In this document: in pieces, positions 19,285 to 28,291 of the stretch
Position numbering within the stretch: position 1 is the first letter of the stretch
How the letters are laid out: every line of letters begins with the position of its first letter
Source of the DNA: an uncultured Chlamydiae bacterium
Lineage (GTDB): Bacteria > Chlamydiota > Chlamydiia > Chlamydiales > Parachlamydiaceae
Direction: 5' to 3'
Assembly (NCBI GenBank): GCA_963754655.1
Contig: CAVWGN010000001.1
Location: 2,528,001-2,592,000, forward strand
Length of the DNA stretch: 64,000 bases
Program-made: the position numbers and the translations under genes
Notes under the pieces: generated by a model
What the model was told of the DNA's origin: nothing
Seen by the model: the letters and a program-made list of their open reading frames with translations, nothing else
The model's database searches: none

Positions 19285-19807
19285 CCCCAGGGCGATGCCC
19301 AGGACTAGGGTGTTCATTTTGTGCAAAAAATGAGCTTTATTTTCACAATAATTGGCATAGTTGAATTGGAGGTCGCATGTTTATGCCGTCCTTTCAGGAC
19401 TCGATGTCTTTTTGATAGAACCCAGGCCTCCGCTTCGCTGCGACCTGGGCTGTAACATGACGGCCCTTCAGGCCTTAACAAAAAGATGATTTAGGGATTA
19501 TAGAACAGGGACTTAAACATCTCTTGTTAAGGCCTGAAGGGCCGTCATGTTACAGCCCAGGTCGCAGCGAAGCGGAGGCCTGGGTTCTATCAAAAAGACA
19601 TCGAGTCCTGAAAGGACGGCATAAACATGCGACCTTCAATTTAACTATGCCAATTATTGTGAAAAATAAAGCTCATTTTTTGCACAAAATGAACACCCTA
19701 GCCCTGGGCTATTTCTATTTGAAGCCCTTCAGGCTATAAAACAAATAAAAGCTATTGGGTTATTTGGGAAATATCACTGACTCTTTGACCTCGCTTGCAT
19801 AAGGTGA
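19285..19807. repeat. Giant REP-built palindrome P2 (core 19305-19701) plus outer flank
   Basis: About 177 bp inverted arms around a 42 bp loop (19482-19523); flank ends TAAGGTGA. Confidence 0.92.
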
Positions 19808-20083
19808 ACTTGGAATATATCCTGAGCCATACAATGGAAAAAATTCAGTTAATGATCATATTAGACTTGCTGCGTATGACAATGGCTTGATTTATAATAT
19901 TTATGTTAAATATGATGAGTTTTGACTCATACATATACATATATAGTGTACTTTCAACCTTTACATTTCCCTAATGTTAGTAGGTAGTTTGAGCCTGAAG
20001 GGCTCTAAAGTGAAATAGCCCAGGCCCAGCGGCCTGGGAAAAAGCACCCCCATAGCGTAGTCCGAAAGACTACAAGAGAAATT

Positions 20084-20293
20084 ATGACACAGTCGCTTGC
20101 TAGCATTCTTATCCATATTATATTTAGCACCAAAACATGTCGGCCATTTATACAACCATCCATCATTAGAGATCTTCATTGTTATATGGCAAATATTATG
20201 CGTGCATATGGTTGCCATGCTTTTGAAATTGGAGGAGTTAAAGATCATGTTCGTCTTCTTATTTCTTTACCTCGTACTTTGCCATTTGTGTAA
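20084..20293 (+). pseudogene. tnpA: Truncated tnpA copy 3
   Basis: First about 67 codons match tnpA, but HUH is mutated (DHVR) and similarity ends near 20295. Confidence 0.88.
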
Positions 20294-20324
20294 GCTTAAC
20301 ATGATCTAGAATAAGCCATTTTAT

Positions 20325-20618
20325 TTAAGGCTCATGTCCTACACCTTTTTCGTCTCTTAATGTACGTTTTTTTGTACGAGATTCACTTTCGCCTAAATTT
20401 AACTCTTGATGACTTCCCATATCGTATTCATGTATATCATTCTCGTTTTCGCCTTTTTCTTGGTAAATCATTTTATCAAACGGAAAAAGAGGTTCTTTTG
20501 AGTCATCCTTTTGTGCTATGTCATTATCTGCTATGCCATTATCCCTCTCGTTTTCATGAGAAGTTGACACCTCTTCAAAACCCTCTTCTCCACTTTTAAA
20601 TTTTTTATTCTTTGTCAT
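20325..20618 (-). CDS. Small acidic hydrophilic hypothetical protein
   Basis: GGAGG RBS before MTKNKKFKSG...; ORF is open to 20325. Confidence 0.6.
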   Translation of the reverse strand: MTKNKKFKSGEEGFEEVSTSHENERDNGIADNDIAQKDDSKEPLFPFDKMIYQEKGENENDIHEYDMGSHQELNLGESESRTKKRTLRDEKGVGHEP

Positions 20619-20669
20619 TTCAGCCTCCCTTAGATAAACTCTATTAAAGCTTGCTTCCAATGATAAGCC

Positions 20670-21038
20670 TTACATACCAAAAGGACGAGGAAAGTGCTCT
20701 GAAACAGGCTGGGAACTTCCCGTTTCTGCTCCCTCTTTAGAAAGCATATAATTCTCTACTTCAGATAAATTTCTTTTAATGGATTCTAAGCTTTCTTTAA
20801 AACTAGGATCCTCTTCAGATTCACGCTCAATGCGATCTATCGGATCTCTTAAAGTTTTTAAAAAATCTTTGCCTTTTTGTCTCTTTTCTTCCAATGAGAG
20901 ATTAGGATCATTCCAAATATCGTCTATTGTTTTCTTATATGCGTCTAAAAGAGGTTTTGGATTATTATTATCAAATCCATTTAAATTTTGTTGATAATCG
21001 GAATAATCCGAGTAATTACTATTAACATTCATACTCAT
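20670..21038 (-). CDS. Hypothetical protein
   Basis: 122 aa, GGGGAG RBS, Ser/Asn-rich N-terminus. Confidence 0.65.
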   Translation of the reverse strand: MSMNVNSNYSDYSDYQQNLNGFDNNNPKPLLDAYKKTIDDIWNDPNLSLEEKRQKGKDFLKTLRDPIDRIERESEEDPSFKESLESIKRNLSEVENYMLSKEGAETGSSQPVSEHFPRPFGM

Positions 21039-21186
21039 CTCCCCTACAGGATAAAAATCAAATTAATAAAACCCCAACTACAACCTTAATATTATCAAAA
21101 AAATGATTCATTATCAATATAAATTCTTTTAAAGGAATTAAATAGAAATAACCCTGGTTAGCTAATAGATCTCTCTATGATTTGAT

Positions 21187-22620
21187 TTAATTTGGCAGCA
21201 AAGACAAGAGGGGATCTGGATAAATAGAAAAGAGAAGGATAGCGGCAAAGATAGTTATTCCCACTACTACTGCTGGCCAAGAATGCGTAGGGGAGGTCTC
21301 GTCTACTGGCGTGTCTGAAAACATAATAGAGATCAGGCGAACATAGTAAAAGATTGAAATAATGGTTGTTAAAAGCCCGACAATAACCAGCACATAATAG
21401 CCCGCTTGAAAAGCCACTTTAAAGACATAAAACTTCGCGAAAAATCCTGCAGTTGGAGGAATACCAGCCAACGTTAAAAGACACAAGGCAAAGACTCCAG
21501 CCAGAAAAGGCGAACGTCGGAAAAGCCCCTGCAGATCCTTAAGAAAAACACCTTGGCTGTCATGGTCGAGAATGGCGAGAACGGCAAAAGAACCCAATGT
21601 TGCCAAAGCATAGACGACCAAATAAAACTCAAGCGACGGCAGCGATTCTGCAGTATTAGCCACAATGGGAATGAGCAGAAAGCCTGCATGCGAAATGCCA
21701 GAATAAGCAAACAGACGGCGCAGCTGCACTTGACGCAGGGCAACTATATTGGCATAGATCATCGTTGCGATAGCCAACCAGGCCATTCCTTGATTCCAAA
21801 TAGGATTAAATTGGGGTAATGCAACTAAAAAAACTCTTGCAAAAGCTGCAAAAGCACCCACCTTGGTTCCTACAGCCATAAAAGCAGTGACGGGATTAGG
21901 GGCTCCATCATAGACATCGGGAGCCCACACATGAAAGGGAACAATAGCTGCTTTAAAAGCCAATCCAAGAGTGACTAAAGCAATTCCGCCTAAGAAAAGC
22001 GCTTGATTCGATGTCATCGATAAAGAGCGATAGTCTCCCAGTAAATCTGCAAAATGAGTCGTCCCTACCGCCCCATAAATCAGAGCAATTCCATAAATAA
22101 AAAAGGATGTCGCCAAAGCACCGATCAAAAAGTACTTGATGGCTGCTTCGCTTGAGGCCTTCCATTTTTTCATATAGCCACACAGGACGTAAAGGGCAAT
22201 TGACAGAGTTTCAAGCCCCAAGAACAAAGTCAAAAAATCGGCAGCAGCCCCAATCAGAATCAATCCAAAAAGAGCGGAGAGGAGAAAAAAATAATATTCC
22301 CCATGCGTCGCTTCAAAGCGTTGAAAAAAAGAGGCAGTAAGAAAAGCAGACGCAAAGCCGATGCTTAAAAATAAAATAGAAAAAAAACGGGCTAAGGAAT
22401 CAAATTTCAACCAAGGAGTTAAAAGGGCATTGTCGCTAGCGGGAGCAAATACAGTGGCTATTAACGCCAAGGTAATCGCAACTAACGCTACATAAAAAGA
22501 CCCTTTTTTTGCGATTTTTTCGCTAAAAGCTTCCATCAAAAGCAAGCTCAATGCGCACACGAGCAAGATCAAAAGTGGGCTTAAAGCAGCAAAGTCAATC
22601 AATTGCAAAACAGGATTCAT
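21187..22620 (-). CDS. nuoN: NADH-quinone oxidoreductase subunit N
   Basis: EAAIKYF, FKAAIVPFHVWAPDVY, RRLFAYSGISH; last gene of the operon. Confidence 0.95.
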   Translation of the reverse strand: MNPVLQLIDFAALSPLLILLVCALSLLLMEAFSEKIAKKGSFYVALVAITLALIATVFAPASDNALLTPWLKFDSLARFFSILFLSIGFASAFLTASFFQRFEATHGEYYFFLLSALFGLILIGAAADFLTLFLGLETLSIALYVLCGYMKKWKASSEAAIKYFLIGALATSFFIYGIALIYGAVGTTHFADLLGDYRSLSMTSNQALFLGGIALVTLGLAFKAAIVPFHVWAPDVYDGAPNPVTAFMAVGTKVGAFAAFARVFLVALPQFNPIWNQGMAWLAIATMIYANIVALRQVQLRRLFAYSGISHAGFLLIPIVANTAESLPSLEFYLVVYALATLGSFAVLAILDHDSQGVFLKDLQGLFRRSPFLAGVFALCLLTLAGIPPTAGFFAKFYVFKVAFQAGYYVLVIVGLLTTIISIFYYVRLISIMFSDTPVDETSPTHSWPAVVVGITIFAAILLFSIYPDPLLSLLPN

Positions 22621-24086
22621 GACTCCTCCAGATCCTTAACAAGGACAAGATCTTTTCCAGCAGCAGGCACCACTTGTTTCAACACTGGATCGGGATAAAA
22701 GCCAATCCAGAAAATCACAGCCACGAGCGGAAAAGCAATCAATAACTCTTTGAAATGAATATCAGCAAAAGAAAGGGAGAAATTTGCTTTTGGTGTTTCA
22801 AAGTAAACCTTTTGCATCCAACGCAGCATATAAATGACCGAAAGAATGACAGTCAATCCTAAAATCAACGTTAACCAAGGATGCTGTTCAAATAAACCAA
22901 AAAGAATTAAAAGCTCGCCAATAAAGTTGTTTGTGCCAGGAAGAGCGATAGAGGATAAAACAAAAATCATTGTCAGCCAGCACAGTTGCGGCAAAAACTT
23001 GGCGATTCCACTACAGGGACCCATCGCTGTGGACCCCAGACGCTCTTCCAACCAGCCTGCCACTAGAAATAAGCCCGTGATGGTCACGCCGTGGTTCAAA
23101 GCTTGCAAAACGGCTCCCTCATGGGCGGCCTGGCTCCAAACAAAAATTCCAGCCAAAATAAAATTGACGTGCGAAAAACTCGAATAGGCAATCAAACGCT
23201 TATAATCGTTTTGCATCCAAGCTGCAAGCCCTCCATACAACACACCTGCAATTGCTAATCCAAGCAATAGAGGACTCCATTCCCTAATGAGAGTGGGAAA
23301 TAATCCCAATCCAATGCGCAAAAAACCATAAATGCCCGCTTTGGATAGAAGAGCCGCGAGGAGAATGGATCCAGACGTCGACGCTTGATAATAAACATCT
23401 GGCAGCCATCCATGAAAAGGGAAAAGAGGTGTCTTCACTGAAAAAGCGAGCACGAAGATGGCGCAAATCCAACCTGCATAGGGATGATGAGAAGCCAAAT
23501 CAGAGAGAACATCAAGATTAAAAGTACTTTTTCCCTGAGCCGCAGATGCCACGTAAAGAGCCAACACAGCAGCCACCATTAACGCAGAGCCTGTGATCAT
23601 ATAAATTAAAAATTTAAGGGCGGCTGTCTTTCGATGTGCTTTGCCCCAAAGTGTGATCAAAAAATACAGGGGAAAAAGCATCGCTTCCCAAAAGATGACA
23701 AACAGCACGAGATCGCGCGCTGTGAAAAATCCAATAAGTAATCCTTGCAAAAGCAAAACAAATCCATAAAAAGTATTGGGAAAAGAAAGATCTTTACCAT
23801 GGATTGCTAAAAGGCTAATTGGAATGATCATTGCCGTTAAGTACAAAAAAAGCAAGGAAAGGGAATCCACTCTCAAGTAAAATTCAATGGACAAAGGAGA
23901 AAGCCAGGCATATTCTACCCGATCACCAACCCAACTATTCACACCAAATGAAAGGAGAAGCAAAAGAGGAAGAAGGCTCATCCCTACTGCCAAACGCTTG
24001 AAATTTTTTCCTGAAATCGAGGGAAAAATAAAAGCGACGATTGAAGCGAGAAAGGGAATGATAAACAACCACATCAATTTAGGCAT
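22617..24086 (-). CDS. nuoM: NADH-quinone oxidoreductase subunit M
   Basis: FWEAM, VKTPLFPFHGWLP, KRLIAYSSFSH, LPGTNNFIGE. Confidence 0.95.
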   Translation of the reverse strand: MPKLMWLFIIPFLASIVAFIFPSISGKNFKRLAVGMSLLPLLLLLSFGVNSWVGDRVEYAWLSPLSIEFYLRVDSLSLLFLYLTAMIIPISLLAIHGKDLSFPNTFYGFVLLLQGLLIGFFTARDLVLFVIFWEAMLFPLYFLITLWGKAHRKTAALKFLIYMITGSALMVAAVLALYVASAAQGKSTFNLDVLSDLASHHPYAGWICAIFVLAFSVKTPLFPFHGWLPDVYYQASTSGSILLAALLSKAGIYGFLRIGLGLFPTLIREWSPLLLGLAIAGVLYGGLAAWMQNDYKRLIAYSSFSHVNFILAGIFVWSQAAHEGAVLQALNHGVTITGLFLVAGWLEERLGSTAMGPCSGIAKFLPQLCWLTMIFVLSSIALPGTNNFIGELLILFGLFEQHPWLTLILGLTVILSVIYMLRWMQKVYFETPKANFSLSFADIHFKELLIAFPLVAVIFWIGFYPDPVLKQVVPAAGKDLVLVKDLEES

Positions 24087-24092
24087 GCGACC

Positions 24093-25964
24093 TCAAAAAA
24101 CAAAATAAATCATTAAAAGAACTGAGCCAACCACCATCCATGCCATGTATGAACGGATTTGTCCGCTTTGAAGACGTTGTAACCTTTGAGCAACTTGTTG
24201 GGTGACACGAACTGCTCCTGTTATCACACCCTCAAAAATTTTTGGTTCAAGGAATTGAACGATCAATCTTGCAATCGCTTTAAGAGGTTTAACAAACACC
24301 CACTCATAACATTCATTGACATAGAATTGATGTTTCAACAGCGCGAATGGGGTACTTAAGCGATTCAAATAGCGGGTATAAATAAAGGCTGTCACCCCTA
24401 CTCCTAAAAAAGCCCCTGCTATAGCGATCCAGGTTTCAGGCGTAAGCACAAAACCACTACGCAGCTCTTCTTCTAAGTGGGTGACTCCCACTTCCTTCAA
24501 AAAATGCTCTAGCAGTGGAGAACCATTAAATGTATAACCCAAGAAGCCGCCTATCATGGCAAGCAGTCCTAAAATCCCAATTGGAATCAACATCACATTT
24601 GGAGCCTCATGCACTGTCTTTAATTCCTGAGGATCAAAACGGTGTGGTCCTGTGAATGTGAGGCAATAAGCGCGAGTCATATAGACTCCTGTCAAAATGG
24701 ATGCAGCCAAGCCAATATAAAAAAGGATGTCATATCCCGCTAAGTATTCTTGTTCTAAAATTAAATCTTTGCTGAAAAAGGCGGCAAATGGAGGAATTCC
24801 CGATAAGGCGAGCACTCCAATTAAAAAGAGCCAATGTGTCTTAGTAAAAATTTTCGATAATCCACCCATCTTTGCCATTTCAGTGGTTCCATGCAGCATA
24901 TGGACAACATTGCCAGCAGACAGGAAAAGGAGAGCTTTAATAAATGCATGGGTTGTCAAGTGGAACATGGCCGAGTAAAAAGCACCTGCTCCGCAAGCCA
25001 GAAACATTAATCCTAATTGGCTTACAGTAGAGAAAGCTAACACTCGTTTCAAATCAGTCTGACCTAAAGCACAAAGAGCTGCAAACAAGGAGGTGACTCC
25101 TCCTATTATCCCAACCACTTGTAACGTCACTGGAGCCAATAGAAAGAGCGCATGCAAACGCACCACCAAATAAACGCCTGCAGTTACCATGGTGGCAGCA
25201 TGGATCAGTGCAGAAACAGGTGTTGGACCTTCCATCGCATCAGGCAGCCAGGAATAGAGAGGGAGCTGCGCTGATTTTCCAGTGGCGCCAACAAAATAAA
25301 GCATAGTCAACAGAGTGATAATGGGCGCTCCAACTGCAAATTCTTGTCCTGCTCGCTGGGAAATTTCGGCAATATCGCCTGTTCCAAATAAGTAAAATGT
25401 CAAAATCAATCCTAATAAAAAGCCCAAGTCGCCGATGCGGTTGATGACAAAAGCCTTGGTAGCCGCTTGCGCAGCTGCTGGACGTGTATACCAAAATCCA
25501 ATCAAAAGATAGGAAGCAAGACCCACTCCTTCCCATCCCAAAAAGAGAACGAGCAGATGGCCTGCTAAGACCAATAACAACATCGAAAAGACAAAGAAGT
25601 TCAGAAAAGCAAAGTAACGGGCGAAATCTTCCTCCTCTTCCATATAGCCAACCGAATAGACATGAATGAGAAAACCAATGCCTGTAATGATTAAGGTCAT
25701 GAGCAATGATAAAGAGTCAAGATGCAAGGTAAAATCAGCGTTAATGCCTTTAAGCGGGACGAAGCGAAATAAAGTGAATTGTGCAGAACTTATGTCTGTT
25801 TTAAGATACATGGCCAGCAGACTGATAAAGCAGATGAAGGAAAAGCAAAGAGTGGAACATGCAATAATGCCAGCCCAACGTCTTCCAATCACTTTGTAAG
25901 ACGCAACCAATCCCAAAAACCCAGCCAATGGCAGAAAAAGTCCAAGGTACAAGACGTATGACAT
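24093..25964 (-). CDS. nuoL: NADH-quinone oxidoreductase subunit L
   Basis: GWEGVGLASYLLIGFW, GKSAQLPL.SWLPDAMEGPTPVSALIHAATMV. Confidence 0.96.
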   Translation of the reverse strand: MSYVLYLGLFLPLAGFLGLVASYKVIGRRWAGIIACSTLCFSFICFISLLAMYLKTDISSAQFTLFRFVPLKGINADFTLHLDSLSLLMTLIITGIGFLIHVYSVGYMEEEEDFARYFAFLNFFVFSMLLLVLAGHLLVLFLGWEGVGLASYLLIGFWYTRPAAAQAATKAFVINRIGDLGFLLGLILTFYLFGTGDIAEISQRAGQEFAVGAPIITLLTMLYFVGATGKSAQLPLYSWLPDAMEGPTPVSALIHAATMVTAGVYLVVRLHALFLLAPVTLQVVGIIGGVTSLFAALCALGQTDLKRVLAFSTVSQLGLMFLACGAGAFYSAMFHLTTHAFIKALLFLSAGNVVHMLHGTTEMAKMGGLSKIFTKTHWLFLIGVLALSGIPPFAAFFSKDLILEQEYLAGYDILFYIGLAASILTGVYMTRAYCLTFTGPHRFDPQELKTVHEAPNVMLIPIGILGLLAMIGGFLGYTFNGSPLLEHFLKEVGVTHLEEELRSGFVLTPETWIAIAGAFLGVGVTAFIYTRYLNRLSTPFALLKHQFYVNECYEWVFVKPLKAIARLIVQFLEPKIFEGVITGAVRVTQQVAQRLQRLQSGQIRSYMAWMVVGSVLLMIYFVF

Positions 25965-25965
25965 T

Positions 25966-26265
25966 TTATCCTCTCAATACATTGTACTGATCAACATCAA
26001 CCACTTTCTTTGTGCGAAATAAGTTGATGATAATGGCAAGTCCTACGGCTGCCTCAGCTGCTGCTACAACAAGGACAAAGAAAACCCAAACTAAACCAAT
26101 TTGATTTTCCCATTGCCTAGCAAAGGCAACAAAGAGAAGATTAGCGGAATTGAGCATCATTTCAATCGATAAAAATAAAATCAATGTATTGCGTTTGGTC
26201 AAGACTCCGATAATGCCAATTGCAAACAGCGCCAGGCTGATAAAAATGATGAACGAAATGTCCAT
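25966..26265 (-). CDS. nuoK: NADH-quinone oxidoreductase subunit K
   Basis: SIEMMLN, VAAAEAAVGLAI. Confidence 0.96.
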   Translation of the reverse strand: MDISFIIFISLALFAIGIIGVLTKRNTLILFLSIEMMLNSANLLFVAFARQWENQIGLVWVFFVLVVAAAEAAVGLAIIINLFRTKKVVDVDQYNVLRG

Positions 26266-26778
26266 TTAATTCTCCTTCTTTGCAATGTAAAGCGCTCCAA
26301 CGATAGCAACTAAAAAAAGTAAAATGACAGCTTCAAAAGGAAAAAAGAAATCCAAGTAAAGAGCCCGACCGATTCCATGCACGCTCCCAAATTCTTGGGG
26401 CAGCGTTTGATTAAAGTTGGCCAAATGAATGAGCTTTGATCCAAAAAAACTCAACGCCACCACAAAGGCAATACCTGCAATTGTCAAAAATTGCGGTTGA
26501 CTTTGCGATTTAAATCGCGCCATCTGTTGATAAGCATCTTGAAAAAGCACAATGACGAAAACAAAGATCACAAGAATCGCTCCTGCGTAAACTAAAATTT
26601 GCATAACGGCAATAAATTCAGCAGATAGCTGCAGATAAAACACAGCTAATACGATAAGCGAAAGAAGAAAAGAAAGACTGGCATGAATCGGTTTGCGCAG
26701 CGAGACCACGCCTATAGCAGATAAAATTAATGTGATACCTAAAATCCATTGTGTAAAGCTAACGTGCCAAGGTCCCAT
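26266..26778 (-). CDS. nuoJ: NADH-quinone oxidoreductase subunit J
   Basis: QILVYAGAILV, PFE. Confidence 0.95.
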   Translation of the reverse strand: MGPWHVSFTQWILGITLILSAIGVVSLRKPIHASLSFLLSLIVLAVFYLQLSAEFIAVMQILVYAGAILVIFVFVIVLFQDAYQQMARFKSQSQPQFLTIAGIAFVVALSFFGSKLIHLANFNQTLPQEFGSVHGIGRALYLDFFFPFEAVILLFLVAIVGALYIAKKEN

Positions 26779-26784
26779 TGCGAT

Positions 26785-27258
26785 TTAAATCTCCCTTCGG
26801 GGATCACGTCCCGATTCGCCCGGATATTTTTCTGTTAATATTTCTTTGGTAAAGATCATTTCTTCGCGCGTATAGGTAGAAAGCTCATATTCATTGCTTA
26901 AAATAATTGCCCCTGTCGGACAAGCTTCTTCGCAATATCCGCAATAAATACAGCGAATCATATTGATTTGAAAATCAGAGGCATAACGCTCGCCATGCGA
27001 ATGCACATCGCCTGGTTTATTTTCTGCTGGCTTCACATAAATGGCTTGGGCGGGGCAAACAATGGCGCACAACTCGCAACCCACACAGCGTTCTAGACCA
27101 TCTTCCCATTTGGTGAGGTAATGGAGGCCGCGAGAACGGGAAGCAGGTTGACGCTTTTCCTCTGGATAGCGTATGGTCACCGGACGTTTAAAAGCATATT
27201 TTAAAACAATAAAAAGACCGTTAATCATTGATGCAATTTTTGATATTGTTTTTCTCAT
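26785..27258 (-). CDS. nuoI: NADH-quinone oxidoreductase subunit I
   Basis: Two CxxCxxCxxxCP motifs. Confidence 0.96.
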   Translation of the reverse strand: MRKTISKIASMINGLFIVLKYAFKRPVTIRYPEEKRQPASRSRGLHYLTKWEDGLERCVGCELCAIVCPAQAIYVKPAENKPGDVHSHGERYASDFQINMIRCIYCGYCEEACPTGAIILSNEYELSTYTREEMIFTKEILTEKYPGESGRDPRREI

Positions 27259-28240
27259 GATTTACCACCAAAATAAAATATGCTGTGACAATCAAATTAA
27301 TGAGTGCGATGGGAAGCAAGACTTTCCAGCCAAAATTCATCAGCTGACCATAGCGAAAGCGAGGCATCGTTGCCCGTACCCACATGAAAAAGAAAATAAA
27401 GATCGCGACTTTGACCACAAACCACAAAATGGGAATATCCCAAGGTCCAAGCCATCCTCCAAGAAAAAGAGTAACGGCAATCGCAGAAACAGCCAACATA
27501 TTGACATATTCGCCTAAAAAGAAAATGGCAAATTTCATTCCCCCATATTCGGTATGATAGCCGCCCGTCAATTCCTGTTCAGCTTCCGGCAAATCAAAAG
27601 GGGCGCGATTCGTTTCGGCAAACATCGTAATGACATAAATGATAAAGCTAATGGGATTGGTCCAAATAAACCAATGCTGACGCTGCGCTTCTACAATTTG
27701 CGTAAAATCTAAAGTTCCTGCCGAAAGAATCACAGTTAAAAGCGAAATCCCCATGGGAATTTCATAGCTGATCATTTGCGCTGTGCCGCGCAATCCTCCT
27801 AAAAGAGAATAACGGTCATTTGAAGACCAGCCAGCTAAAACAACACCATAAACAGCTAAAGAAGAAAAGGCGAGAAAAAAGACGATGCCTGCATTGACAT
27901 CTGCAATGCGTAAAGCAACTGGGTGGCCAAAAATTGTCACTGTTCCACCAAAAGGGATAAGGACAAAGGCAAATAAAGCGGTAAAAAGAGAAATTCCAGG
28001 AGCTAGCCAATAGGTAAAGATATCAATATTTGCCGGTTGAAAACGCTCTTTGCTTAGAAGCTTAATTCCATCGGCAATGGGCTGGAGCAGTCCCAAAGGT
28101 CCCACGCGGTTGGGGCCCAAACGTAGCTGCATACGTGCCATGACCACACGCTCCATCAACGTCATATAAGCAGCCGCCAACATAAGCAGGGCAATGAGGA
28201 TGATGGATTTGATAAGCACTTCGACTGTCATTTCAAGCAT
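27221..28240 (-). CDS. nuoH: NADH-quinone oxidoreductase subunit H
   Basis: GPNRVGPLGLLQPIADGIKL, ETNRAPFDLPEAEQEL. Confidence 0.96.
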   Translation of the reverse strand: MLEMTVEVLIKSIILIALLMLAAAYMTLMERVVMARMQLRLGPNRVGPLGLLQPIADGIKLLSKERFQPANIDIFTYWLAPGISLFTALFAFVLIPFGGTVTIFGHPVALRIADVNAGIVFFLAFSSLAVYGVVLAGWSSNDRYSLLGGLRGTAQMISYEIPMGISLLTVILSAGTLDFTQIVEAQRQHWFIWTNPISFIIYVITMFAETNRAPFDLPEAEQELTGGYHTEYGGMKFAIFFLGEYVNMLAVSAIAVTLFLGGWLGPWDIPILWFVVKVAIFIFFFMWVRATMPRFRYGQLMNFGWKVLLPIALINLIVTAYFILVVNHEKNNIKNCIND

Positions 28241-28291
28241 GCATTTTTCTTTTTTAAAATTCTTTTTAAAAACAAATCAAGCTTTAGTCCT

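Noticed and set aside
9616..20293. Diversity-generating retroelement or integron as the cause of LRR variation
   Set aside because: No reverse transcriptase, no adenine-specific template/variable repeat pair and no tyrosine integrase in the window.
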